Shown here piece by piece: positions 19,768-28,831 of a stretch of 64,000 nucleotides of DNA. This DNA is from Dehalococcoidia bacterium (GTDB lineage Bacteria; Chloroflexota; Dehalococcoidia; UBA2979). The notes beneath the pieces are model-generated. The model made no database searches. It saw only the letters and a program-made list of their open reading frames with translations, and was not told the DNA's origin. The translations under genes were made by a program, and so were the position numbers. Location: positions 2,432,001 to 2,496,000 of the forward strand of contig OZ244720.1 in the NCBI GenBank assembly GCA_965219085.1, read 5' to 3'. Numbering within the stretch: position 1 is the stretch's first letter; every line of letters begins with the position of its first letter.

Positions 19768-21008
19768 AGCCCCGGCTCCCAGCGCCCCGGACTGAGCGTG
19801 CCCGTCGGGTCGAACTGCCGCTTGAGCGCACCCACGAGGTCGCGTGTGGCGGCGCCGAGCGGGTCGATGACCGCGCGCAGCGCGGGCGGCCCCGACTCGA
19901 CGATGAGGAAGCCGCCCTCGGCCTCGACGTTGCGGCGCAGCACGCGCACCGACATCACGTCGATCGCCGGCGCCTGGACCACCACGCTGCCCGCGGCGAC
20001 GTGTCCCCACGCCGTGGCGCCGAGCCCTCGCGCCGCCTCGATCGTCGCGGCGATGCGCGTGGCGGGGACACCGGCCCGCAGCACGACGCCGTCCCGCGCG
20101 CCTCCGAGGGCGCGCAGCCGCTCCCACGCGCCCGGCGGGGCGTCGTCCAGCCTGCCGCCCGACCCCTCGGCGAGCTCCCTGATACGCAGCGTCGCAGCAT
20201 CGATCGCGGACTCGTAGCCGGCCAGTTCGAGCAGCACGTAGGGGTGCTCGGGCAGGCCGAGTCGCGTCGCGGCCTCGGGTGCGAGGACGGAGAGCGCGCG
20301 CGCCGGCAGCACCGCGTCGCGCAGCTCGGTCGCGAGCCGGGCGGCGTCGCGCACGCTCGCGCGACGCACCACGAACGAGCGGGTGGCGGGTGGGAGCGGG
20401 ACGAGCTTGAACGAGGCGTCGACGATCACACCGAGGGTGCCGAGCGCGCCCGTGTGCAGGCGGTGCAGGTCGTAGCCACTCACGTTCTTGACCACGCGCC
20501 CGCCGGAGCGCACGAGGGAGCCGTCGGCAAGCGCGACCTCCATGCCGATCACGAGGTCGCGCGCCGCCGGCATGTGCCCGCGCCACGCGCCGGGCCGCGC
20601 CGTCGCGAGCAGGCCGCCGATGGTCACGTCGTCGCCGGGCGGGGGGTCGGCGGGCAGGTACTGCCCATGCTCGGCGAGGTGCGTCCGCAACGCCCGCAGC
20701 GTCATCCCCGCCTCGACCTGCACCGTCATATCCGCCGGCTCGTAGTCCACGATGCCGTCCAGCCCGCGCATGTCGAGCGCGATGTCATAACGATCGATGG
20801 GCCGGCCCAGGTCCAGCGCGGTGCGGCTGCCCTGCGGCACGACGGCGAGCCCGGCATCGCTGGCCGAGGCGAGGAGCTTCGCGACCTCCTCGCGCGTGCG
20901 GGGCTGCTGCGCGAGCTGGGGGGCGGCGCCGTCGATGGCGTAGTCGGGGGCCGCGCGTTCGCCCTCGGCGGGCAGCGCCTCGCGCAGGTCGGCGGTCGCG
21001 GAGGTCAT
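19764..21008 (-). CDS. glcE: Glycolate oxidase FAD-binding subunit
   Basis: IVDYEPADMT, GGRVVKNVSGYDL, K..FDP...L.PGR. Confidence 0.85.
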   Translation of the reverse strand: MTSATADLREALPAEGERAAPDYAIDGAAPQLAQQPRTREEVAKLLASASDAGLAVVPQGSRTALDLGRPIDRYDIALDMRGLDGIVDYEPADMTVQVEAGMTLRALRTHLAEHGQYLPADPPPGDDVTIGGLLATARPGAWRGHMPAARDLVIGMEVALADGSLVRSGGRVVKNVSGYDLHRLHTGALGTLGVIVDASFKLVPLPPATRSFVVRRASVRDAARLATELRDAVLPARALSVLAPEAATRLGLPEHPYVLLELAGYESAIDAATLRIRELAEGSGGRLDDAPPGAWERLRALGGARDGVVLRAGVPATRIAATIEAARGLGATAWGHVAAGSVVVQAPAIDVMSVRVLRRNVEAEGGFLIVESGPPALRAVIDPLGAATRDLVGALKRQFDPTGTLSPGRWEPGL

Positions 21009-21013
21009 GGCGG

Positions 21014-22459
21014 CTAGATGTACACGCCGGGCGCGGCGAGGTGGTGGCGCATCTCGGCGGCGTGCCCGGAGGCGCAGCCGTGCCCGGTCGGCAGCACTTT
21101 GCACGGGTTGAAGAGCTCGTCGGCGCCGAAGGCGAGGCGGAGCCGCCCCATCGCGTCGAGGTCGGCGTCGCTGAAGATCCACTCCATGTAGGAGCGCTTC
21201 TCAAGGCCCACGCCGTGCTCGCCGGTGATCGAGCCGCCGGCCTCGACGCAGACGCGCATGATCTCGCCGCCGAGTTCGAGCACGCGCGCGGTCGCGCCGG
21301 GGTCGAGCTCGTTGAACATGATGTTGGGGTGCAGGTTGCCGTCGCCGGCGTGGAAGATGTTCGCGCAGCGGAACCCGTACTCGTCGGCGAGGGCGTTCAC
21401 CTTCGACATCACCTCGGGCAGCCGCGTGCGCGGCACCACGCCGTCGAGGATGTAGAAGTTCGGCGAGCTCGCGCCGATAGCGCCGATGCCGCCCTTGCGG
21501 CCCTCCCACAGACGCTCGCGCTCCTCCGCCGACTCGGCCACGCGCACCTCGCGCGCCGCGGCGCCCTCGCACGCCGCGACGACACGTTCCGCGTCGGCCG
21601 CGACGGTCTCGGGCAAGCCCTCGACCTCGATGAGCAGTACCGCACCCGCGTCGAGCGGGTAGCCGACGTGCATCTGCGGCTCGACGATCTGGATGATCTC
21701 CTGGTCCAGCATCTCGACCGCGACGGGCACGACGCCCCCGCTGATGATCGCGGAGACCGCCTCCGAGGCCACCTCGACGCTGTCGAAGATGGCGAGCATC
21801 GTGCGCACGTCGTGCGGCAGGGGCGTCAGCGAGACGCAGATCTGCGTGACGATGCCGAGCGTGCCCTCGGAGCCGCAGAAGACGCCGCGCAGGTCGGGCC
21901 CCGGCACGTCCGGCTGGCGGCCCCCGAGCCACGTCGCCGTGCCGTCGGCGAGCACCACCTCGACGCCCAGCACGTGGTTGACGGTGCTGCCGTGGGCGAG
22001 GGTGTGCGGCCCGCCGGCGTTGGTGCCGATGTTGCCGCCGATGGTGCAGATGCGCTGCGACGACGGGTCGGGCGCGTAGCGCAGCCCGTGCGGCTCGCAC
22101 GCCGCCTGCAGGTCGAGGTTTATCACGCCCGGCTCGACGACGGCGATGCGGTTCGCCGCATTCAACTCGACGATGCGCCGCATGCGCGTCATGGCGACGA
22201 CGACGCCGCCCACCACCGGGATCGCGCCCCCGGCGAGCCCCGTCCCGGAGCCGCGCGGCACGACGGGCATGTCGTGCGCGTTCGCGATGCGCACCGCCGC
22301 CGACACGTCGGCGGTTGAGCCGGGGAAGACCACCGCATCGGGCCGCGCGCGGTCGATCGTCGCGTCGTACTCGTACGCGATCAGGTCCTCGGGGAGGTGC
22401 AGCACGTGCATGTCGCCGAGGGCGTCGCGAAGGTCGCGGATCAGCGCTTCGTTCGTCAT
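21014..22459 (-). CDS. glcD: Glycolate oxidase subunit D
   Basis: VPRGSGTGLAGGA, YAPDPSS, IGGNI, GSEGTLGIV, HAGDGNLHP, GEHGVG. Confidence 0.9.
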   Translation of the reverse strand: MTNEALIRDLRDALGDMHVLHLPEDLIAYEYDATIDRARPDAVVFPGSTADVSAAVRIANAHDMPVVPRGSGTGLAGGAIPVVGGVVVAMTRMRRIVELNAANRIAVVEPGVINLDLQAACEPHGLRYAPDPSSQRICTIGGNIGTNAGGPHTLAHGSTVNHVLGVEVVLADGTATWLGGRQPDVPGPDLRGVFCGSEGTLGIVTQICVSLTPLPHDVRTMLAIFDSVEVASEAVSAIISGGVVPVAVEMLDQEIIQIVEPQMHVGYPLDAGAVLLIEVEGLPETVAADAERVVAACEGAAAREVRVAESAEERERLWEGRKGGIGAIGASSPNFYILDGVVPRTRLPEVMSKVNALADEYGFRCANIFHAGDGNLHPNIMFNELDPGATARVLELGGEIMRVCVEAGGSITGEHGVGLEKRSYMEWIFSDADLDAMGRLRLAFGADELFNPCKVLPTGHGCASGHAAEMRHHLAAPGVYI

Positions 22460-22504
22460 GGCGTCGAGTGTAGCAGCGGGAGCGGCGGCCGGTTGTGGTG
22501 ACCG

Positions 22505-23476
22505 CTACGCCTCAGCACCCGGCCCGCAGACCTCGCCGGCGGGCGTGACGACGACGTCCGCGTAGTCGCCGGCGCTGAGCGTCGCGCCCGACGCGACGAG
22601 TGCTCGGCGGAGCGTCACACCCTCGAGCGTGGCGCCGTCGCCGACCACGACTTCGTCGAGGTTGCTCGCCTCGATGCGCGCACCCGCGCCAACGAGCGCC
22701 GGGCCGTGCAGCGTCGAGCCGGACAGGACGGCGTCGACGGCAAGCTCGACGTCCCCGATGCGCCGCAGCAGCCGCGATTGCGCGTGCAGCAGGCCTTCGA
22801 GCGTGCCCCCGTCGAGCCACTCGCCGTCGAGGAGCCAGCCGCGCACGTCGCTGCCCTCGGCGAGCATGGCGGAGACCGTCGCAGTCAGGTCGGACTCGCC
22901 TTTCGCGTTGATGAACGGGTTCGTGCGCACCCGTTCGACCGCGGCGGGGGCGAGCGCCCACAGCCCCACCAGCGCGAGGTCGGAGCGCGGGTGCTCCGGC
23001 TTCTCCTCGAGGTCCACGACGCGGTCGCCGTCGAGCACGGCCACGCCGAACGCGCGCGGGTCCTCGACTGCTTGCAAGAGCAGCCCGGCAGCGGCGCCGC
23101 TGGCTTCGAAGCCGTCGAGGAGTCGTGGGTCGACGCCGGTGAGCACCGTGTCGACGGCCAGCACGATGACCGTGCGGCCGTCGAGGGCGTCGCCGACGGC
23201 GGCAACGGCGTCGCCGGGGCCGCGCGGCTCTCGCTGCACGGCGATCGAGACGCGCAGGTCGGGCGGTGCGTGGCTCGCGACGTAACGGCGCGTCTGGTCG
23301 TCGGCGGGGCCGGTGACGACGGCGACCTCGTGCAGGCCGAGGTCGCGCATGAGGTCGAGCGCGTAGGCGACGAGCGGGCGGTTGAGCAGCGGCACGAGCG
23401 GCTTCGGCGTGGCGGGTGTGAGCGGCCGCAGCCGCGTACCGAGCCCCGCCGTCAGCACCACCCCGAGCGGTTCCAT
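22505..23476 (-). CDS. Sugar-phosphate nucleotidyltransferase (glucose-1-phosphate thymidylyltransferase-like)
   Basis: LTAGLGTRLRPLT..TPKPLVP, FGVA, EEKP, WLDGGT. Confidence 0.85.
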   Translation of the reverse strand: MEPLGVVLTAGLGTRLRPLTPATPKPLVPLLNRPLVAYALDLMRDLGLHEVAVVTGPADDQTRRYVASHAPPDLRVSIAVQREPRGPGDAVAAVGDALDGRTVIVLAVDTVLTGVDPRLLDGFEASGAAAGLLLQAVEDPRAFGVAVLDGDRVVDLEEKPEHPRSDLALVGLWALAPAAVERVRTNPFINAKGESDLTATVSAMLAEGSDVRGWLLDGEWLDGGTLEGLLHAQSRLLRRIGDVELAVDAVLSGSTLHGPALVGAGARIEASNLDEVVVGDGATLEGVTLRRALVASGATLSAGDYADVVVTPAGEVCGPGAEA

Positions 23477-23574
23477 CGAGGCTCCCTCGCGTCGCCGCGA
23501 CAGCATCGCACCGCCCATCCACCGGCGTCGACGCGCGACGGCCGGTCGCTCGCCCCGCTGGTATGCTGGCGACG

Positions 23575-24219
23575 ATGACGAATGTCGCGCAGCAGGTGAC
23601 CTCGGACCTCGAGAACCCGGCGCTCAAGGAGTGGGCGGCGGTCAACCGCGCCCTGCTCGAGGGCCGGCAGGTCATCGACCTGCGCAAGGGCGGCATCCGC
23701 GAGGAGGGCCACCGCTTCCGCATCCGCGCGCTGCGCTTCTGGCTCTACGACAGCTTCGAGCACCAGCGCCCCGAGCTGCTGCTCCCCGCCGCCTCGGACC
23801 TCCTCGACGCGGCCGTGGCCGCCTCGCCGCCGGCGGGCTCGCTGCGGTTCGACGGGTGGGCGGAGATCGTCGAGAGCGCCGCGCTGACCGAACCCGAGCA
23901 GGTCGAGGCGCTCGAGGGGCTGCATGTCTGGACGCCGGACTACGCGGTACAGCGTTTCCGCTGGCGTCCGAAGGCGCCGCTGCTCGTCCTCGTGCTGCGC
24001 GTGCACCGCCTGCACGACACGATCGAGGCACCCGTCCGCAAGGAGTACGCGAGCTGCACCTCGTGGGTGCCGATGCTCGACCTGCCGCGCGACCCGAGCA
24101 CGATCGCGTCCACGCCCGTGCTCGGTGACGAGGCGTTTGCGAGCCGCGTCGAGGCGCTACACGCGGCGCTCCCGAGTGTCGCGTTCGCGCCCCCGGCGGT
24201 CGCGGTCGAGGCTGGCTGA
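23575..24219 (+). CDS. DUF1802 family protein
   Basis: ALKEWA, LRKGGIRE, F.LY...EHQ, HVW, C.SWV; extended -10 box 7 nt before ATG. Confidence 0.8.
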   Translation: MTNVAQQVTSDLENPALKEWAAVNRALLEGRQVIDLRKGGIREEGHRFRIRALRFWLYDSFEHQRPELLLPAASDLLDAAVAASPPAGSLRFDGWAEIVESAALTEPEQVEALEGLHVWTPDYAVQRFRWRPKAPLLVLVLRVHRLHDTIEAPVRKEYASCTSWVPMLDLPRDPSTIASTPVLGDEAFASRVEALHAALPSVAFAPPAVAVEAG

Positions 24220-24224
24220 GGCCG

Positions 24225-24644
24225 GTGACGGCCGACCCGGACGAGGCGGTCCTCGCGGCCAACGAGGCCTTCTATCGGGCCTTCGCCGAGCGCGACGTGA
24301 CGGCCATGCATGAGCTGTGGGCGAAGGACGCCCCGCTCGCCTGCACCCACCCCGGCTGGCCGGTGTTGCTCGGCCGCGACGAGGTACTCACGAGTTGGCG
24401 CGGCATCCTCGAGAACCCGGCCGCGCCCAACATCCGCGTCGGCGACGCCGTGGTGCACCGCCTGGGCGACACGGCGCTCGTGTTCGTCAGCGAGGTCGTC
24501 GACGGCACCCCGCTCGCGGCGACCAACGTGTTCGTGCTGGAGGACGGCGCGTGGCGTATGACCCACCACCACGCGGGCCCGGTGACCCTGCTGCGCACCC
24601 GCTTCGCCGGCAGCGTCGACCCGATGCCCGGCCGCCAGAACTAG
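24225..24644 (+). CDS. SnoaL/NTF2-like protein
   Basis: ANEAFYRAF, C.HPGW, ATNVF, W....HH. Confidence 0.85.
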   Translation: MTADPDEAVLAANEAFYRAFAERDVTAMHELWAKDAPLACTHPGWPVLLGRDEVLTSWRGILENPAAPNIRVGDAVVHRLGDTALVFVSEVVDGTPLAATNVFVLEDGAWRMTHHHAGPVTLLRTRFAGSVDPMPGRQN

Positions 24645-24666
24645 CGAGTCGTCCCGACGCTTGTCG

Positions 24667-25182
24667 CTAGCCGATCGGCTGGGCGAGGTCTGTGATGACC
24701 TCGGCGTTGGGGAGGCGCGCCAGCGCCTGCGGCGACACCTGCAGCTTCGTCGAGCGGTCGCCGCCCCCGACGATGACCGATTCGAGCTCCATCACGCGCT
24801 CGTCGATGTAGAGCGGGAGGCCGTCGGGGAGGCCGAACGGTGTGACACCGCCGATGAGCATGCCGGTCAGCTCCGCCGTCTCCTCGGCCGATGCGAACGA
24901 CGCCTTGCGCGTTTCCAGCAGTGGCCGCACGGCGTGGTTGACGTCGAGCCGTGTGTTCGCGAGCACCACGCACGCGCAGAACCGCCGCTCGCCGCGCTTC
25001 GTGACGACGACGATGGTGTTGCCGGAAACCTCGAGCGGGTAGCCGTAGTGCTCGGAGAAGGCAGCGGTGTCGGCGAGGTCGGGGTCCACCTCGATCACCT
25101 CGTACGGCTCGCCGGCGGCGTCGAGGGCGGCACGGGCGCGTGCGCCGGGGTCGGCAGACGTGAGGGAGGCGGCGTCGCTCAT
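24667..25182 (-). CDS. YbaK/EbsC aminoacyl-tRNA editing family protein
   Basis: DPDLADTAAF, ASFASAEET.ELTGM.IGGVTPFGLP, GGG.RS.K. Confidence 0.85.
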   Translation of the reverse strand: MSDAASLTSADPGARARAALDAAGEPYEVIEVDPDLADTAAFSEHYGYPLEVSGNTIVVVTKRGERRFCACVVLANTRLDVNHAVRPLLETRKASFASAEETAELTGMLIGGVTPFGLPDGLPLYIDERVMELESVIVGGGDRSTKLQVSPQALARLPNAEVITDLAQPIG

Positions 25183-25328
25183 CCGGTGTAGTCCCTGTGC
25201 GGGAACTCGGTGTCGTGCCGCTCCTGGCAGTCGTGGCACACGGGGTGGGCGCAGCGCATGCACGCGCCGGGTGTCATCGTCCGGCAGTGGTAGCAGCGGT
25301 CCTCGCGTGGGGTGTCTCGGTACGGCAC
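25179..25328 (-). CDS. 49-aa Cys/His zinc-finger microprotein
   Basis: CYHC..CMRC..VCHDC..H; stop overlaps YbaK ATG (ATGA); TGnTATCGT -10 box 7 nt before GTG. Confidence 0.6.
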   Translation of the reverse strand: MPYRDTPREDRCYHCRTMTPGACMRCAHPVCHDCQERHDTEFPHRDYTG

Positions 25329-25445
25329 GCGCGTCACGATAGCAGAGCGCCCTCGCGCCACTCCAACACTCGATGCCGACCACCGGTCCCCACTCGATAC
25401 AGGGCGCGAGCGCGGATAAGATGTGCGGCGAGAGGAGGCGCCTCG

Positions 25446-25682
25446 ATGGTCATTCACGCAGGCAAGGCCGATTACCGCTCCGCATTCGGGGGTCTCGAGT
25501 TCCCCGCGTCGAAGATCGAGGTCGTTCGCCGCTCACGCATGCACGGTGGCATCGACCGCGAGGTCTTCGCAGTGCTCGACTCGATCCCGAACCGCTCGTA
25601 CCGCGGCATGGAGGAGCTCGAGGACGCCGTGCGCTCGGTCTACGTCGCCCGCGGCGAGTCGCCCGAGGAACTCCCTGTCTAG
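25446..25682 (+). CDS. DUF2795-like small protein
   Basis: GLEFPASK, L.SIP.RSY; GAGGAGG SD. Confidence 0.65.
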   Translation: MVIHAGKADYRSAFGGLEFPASKIEVVRRSRMHGGIDREVFAVLDSIPNRSYRGMEELEDAVRSVYVARGESPEELPV

Positions 25683-25709
25683 CGCCGTCTCCGGCCGGCG
25701 GGTCGTCCC

Positions 25710-26105
25710 GTGAGTGAGCAAGCGCCACGCGACATCGGCGCCGTGATCGGCGTCATCCTCGGCGTCGACCCCGAGCGCTTCGACGCGATCCGCAGCTTCT
25801 ACGTCGAGACGCTCGGTCTGCCGCCTCGCACCGACCGGCCGGGCCACGTCAACTTCCAGTGGGGCGACATCCGCCTCACCATCAGCGCCCACAGCGAGGT
25901 GCACGGTCTCAGCGACGAGTCGCGTCGCACGATGCTCAACCTCGCCGTCGACGACATCGAGGCAGTCGCGTCGCGGCTCCGCGCCGCCGGGGTGACGTTC
26001 ATCCGCGAGCCGAGCGCCGAACCGTGGGGTGGCAGCATCGCAACGTTCGAGGATCCCGACGGCAACACGCTGCAACTCATGCAGCGCCCGCCCGGCATGG
26101 GGTAG
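25710..26105 (+). CDS. VOC/glyoxalase family protein
   Basis: FYVETLGL, LAVDDI, PWGG..A.F.DPDGN.LQL. Confidence 0.9.
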   Translation: MSEQAPRDIGAVIGVILGVDPERFDAIRSFYVETLGLPPRTDRPGHVNFQWGDIRLTISAHSEVHGLSDESRRTMLNLAVDDIEAVASRLRAAGVTFIREPSAEPWGGSIATFEDPDGNTLQLMQRPPGMG

Positions 26106-26131
26106 CACCCACCTTCGCAGTCCTTCGGCAC

Positions 26132-27034
26132 TCAGCGCACGAGGGTGATCAGCACCGTCAGGGTCAGCACGCTGATCAGCGTCGAGGTGACCACCGAGCG
26201 CGTCACGAACTGCGGTCGCGCCGCGAACTCCGTCGCGAGGATCGTCGCGAACACCGCGGTCGGCATCCCGCCCAGCACGATCAGGACGCGCTGTGTCAGT
26301 CCGTCGATGCCGAGCAGGTATGTCGCTCCGAGGGCGAGCGCCGGGCCGGCCGCGAGGCGGAGTGCCATCGCCGCGCCGGTGTCGACGAGGTCGCCTCGCC
26401 CGCCGAGGCCGCGCCCCAGCTGTAGCCCGAGCACGACGAGCATCACGGGCACCGCCGCCCCCGCGAGCGACTCGATCGGCGCGGCAAGGGTGACGGGCAA
26501 CTCGGTGTCGAAGCGGCTGACCGCGAGGCCCGCGGCCGCGGCGTACAGCACGGGGTAGCGGAACGGCGCGGTCAGCGCGTCGCGCGCGGACCCCCCGGCC
26601 ATAGAGGCCACCACGACACTGGCCGAGGCGGCGAGGGTGGCGACGCTGATGAAGTGCACCACGGCCACCTCGAGCCCGACGTCGCCGAAGGCGAGCAGTG
26701 TGACCGGCAGGCCCATGTTCCCGGCGTTGACCGAGGTCACCGAGAGCGCGAGGCCCGCTCGCAGCGATGGGTCGTGCCTGCGCGCGACGGACCAGGCGAC
26801 CGAGAGCGCGTAGCCCGCGAGGAACGCGATGATCGCGACGCCGACGATGCGGACCGAGAGCGCGGCCGGCAGCTCCGTGCCCGAGAGCGAGTGGAAGACG
26901 AGCGCGGGCGTGAACAGGAAGAAGACGATCGTGGAGATCGGCTCCACGGGGATGGGGCGGTAACGGTCGAGCGCCGCGGCTGCGACCGCCACCAGCACCA
27001 CTGGGAGGATCACGTCGAGGAATACTTCGACCAT
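26132..27034 (-). CDS. AEC (auxin efflux carrier) family transporter
   Basis: Multi-TM; [25 protein letters not shown]. Confidence 0.88.
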   Translation of the reverse strand: MVEVFLDVILPVVLVAVAAAALDRYRPIPVEPISTIVFFLFTPALVFHSLSGTELPAALSVRIVGVAIIAFLAGYALSVAWSVARRHDPSLRAGLALSVTSVNAGNMGLPVTLLAFGDVGLEVAVVHFISVATLAASASVVVASMAGGSARDALTAPFRYPVLYAAAAGLAVSRFDTELPVTLAAPIESLAGAAVPVMLVVLGLQLGRGLGGRGDLVDTGAAMALRLAAGPALALGATYLLGIDGLTQRVLIVLGGMPTAVFATILATEFAARPQFVTRSVVTSTLISVLTLTVLITLVR

Positions 27035-27153
27035 CGTGCCGAGCGTCAACGCCTCGGGCGCTTCGGGCAAGCGGAGGGCGCGAGCGTGCGCCGGGTGGGT
27101 GCTATGGTGGCGTCCGAGGCGAGCGCGAACCCACTCTGGGGAAGGGGCCGACG

Positions 27154-27351
27154 ATGGAAGTCAGCGTGCGCGACAACGGGCCGTACGTGATCCGCGGCGA
27201 GGATGTGAAGATCCTCGACGCCGAGGGCAACGAGTTGCCGTGGGAGGGTCGCGGCGTTGCGCTGTGCCGCTGTGGCCAGTCCAGCACGAAGCCGTTCTGC
27301 GACGGCACACACAGCCAGGTCGGCTTCGAGAGCACCCCGCGACCCTCGTAG
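27154..27351 (+). CDS. CDGSH iron-sulfur protein
   Basis: [19 protein letters not shown]. Confidence 0.92.
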   Translation: MEVSVRDNGPYVIRGEDVKILDAEGNELPWEGRGVALCRCGQSSTKPFCDGTHSQVGFESTPRPS

Positions 27352-27375
27352 CGTTCGAGGGGCGGTGACCTCCCG

Positions 27376-27759
27376 GTGACCGACGACAGCGGGCCGATCG
27401 AGACGATCAGCGCCGTCACGCTCGCCGTGACCGACATGGCGCGTTCGTTCGCGTTCTACGAGTCGCTGGGCTTCCGCCTGCGCTACGGCGGCCCGGACGC
27501 CACGTTCACGAGCTTCGAGCTGCACGACGGCTACGTGAACCTCGGCGCCCGCGACGAGCCGGTCGAGAGCGGGTGGGGCCGCATCGTCCTCTACGTCGAC
27601 GATGTCGACGCCGTGTACGCGCGCGCCACGGAGTTGGGGTACGAGCCGGAGGCCGCGCCTCGCGATGCGCCGTGGGGCGAGCGGTTCTTCCACCTCCACG
27701 ACCCGGACGGCCACGAACTGAGCTTCGCGCGGCTGCTGGCCGCGGCGGACGAGGAGTAG
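27376..27759 (+). CDS. VOC/glyoxalase family protein
   Basis: ISAVTL.V.DM.RS..FY..LGF, WGERFF...DPDGHELSF. Confidence 0.9.
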   Translation: MTDDSGPIETISAVTLAVTDMARSFAFYESLGFRLRYGGPDATFTSFELHDGYVNLGARDEPVESGWGRIVLYVDDVDAVYARATELGYEPEAAPRDAPWGERFFHLHDPDGHELSFARLLAAADEE

Positions 27760-27768
27760 CGAGCGGCG

Positions 27769-28551
27769 CTACGCCTCGTGCGCGACGACAAGGCGCGCGA
27801 GTTCGTCGGGGCGCTCCAGCTCCAGCCAGTGGCCCGCGCCGTCGACGACCTCGAGTCGTGCGCTCGGCAGGGCGTCCGCGTACATGCGGCCCGCCTCGAG
27901 CGGCACGATGCGGTCCTCGGAGCCCCAGACCAGTAGCGTGGGCGTCTCCACCGTCGGGAGCAGGTGCGGCAGCGCCGCGTTGTGCATGTATGGCTTCCAC
28001 GTCACGCGCGTCGTCATCTCGCGGTTGAGGTCCCAGGCCAGCAGCTGTTCCAGCTCCGGCTCCTCGCCGAAGTGCGCCTCGAACCCCTCGTCGCTGGCGA
28101 AACCCTGCCGCACGTAGTCCTGGTGGTTCACGAGGAACTGGTCCAGGATCTCGCCCTCGGCGGGCTTGACGCCCATCGCCCCGGCGAGCGTGAGTCGGTG
28201 GATGCGCGACTGCGCGACCGTGGCGAGCTCGGCGGCGACATAACCGCCGAACCCGAGCCCGAGGATGCTCGCGCGGTCCAGGTCCAGCGCGTCGAGCAGC
28301 GCGCCGGCGAGGACGGCGATGTCGCGGACGTTGCGCGCCCACTCGGGCCGCCCGGATGCGCCCCAGCCCGGCAGGTCGGGCACATGGACGGTGAAGCGCT
28401 CGGCGAGGCGGTCGTAGCACGGAGTCCACGCGTGGACGCCGATGTCATGGTGCAAGACGACGAGCGGGTCGCCGGAGCCTGCGCTGCGGACATGCACGTC
28501 GCCGCCGGCAACGGTCACGGTGCGTTCGTCGTGCGTGGTCGCGGTCGTCAT
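27769..28551 (-). CDS. Alpha/beta hydrolase-fold protein lacking the nucleophile Ser
   Basis: PDLPGWG.S, GLGFGG at nucleophile elbow, PTLLVWG.ED, GAGH. Confidence 0.8.
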   Translation of the reverse strand: MTTATTHDERTVTVAGGDVHVRSAGSGDPLVVLHHDIGVHAWTPCYDRLAERFTVHVPDLPGWGASGRPEWARNVRDIAVLAGALLDALDLDRASILGLGFGGYVAAELATVAQSRIHRLTLAGAMGVKPAEGEILDQFLVNHQDYVRQGFASDEGFEAHFGEEPELEQLLAWDLNREMTTRVTWKPYMHNAALPHLLPTVETPTLLVWGSEDRIVPLEAGRMYADALPSARLEVVDGAGHWLELERPDELARLVVAHEA

Positions 28552-28578
28552 GATCGTGCCTTCCGTCGGCAGCAACTT

Positions 28579-28760
28579 CTAGTTGGTGAGGGCACGAGCG
28601 GCTGCCCCGATGGCGGCGGCCATGACCATCCCGGCGAGCATGCTCGCGACCGTCCAGCGCGTCAGTCGAGTTTCCATGCGCGCGACCTGGTCGCCACCTG
28701 TCGGAGGGTGGACTCGATCCGCTCGAAGCGATCGCTCATGAGGTTGGTCTGGGCGGTCAC
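28579..28760 (-). pseudogene. Small coiled-coil plus TM protein, apparently frameshifted
   Basis: TAGCAT 6 nt before GTG 28760; VTAQTNLMSDRFERIESTLRQV continues in another frame as GDQVARMETRLTRWTVASMLAGMVMAAAIG; span 182 nt = 3n-1. Confidence 0.45.
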
Positions 28761-28831
28761 GCGGCCATGCTACTCCAGGACGCGCGCCGGGTGCCCCCGT
28801 TCGCGTAGACTCGATTGGGCGGAGGCTCACC

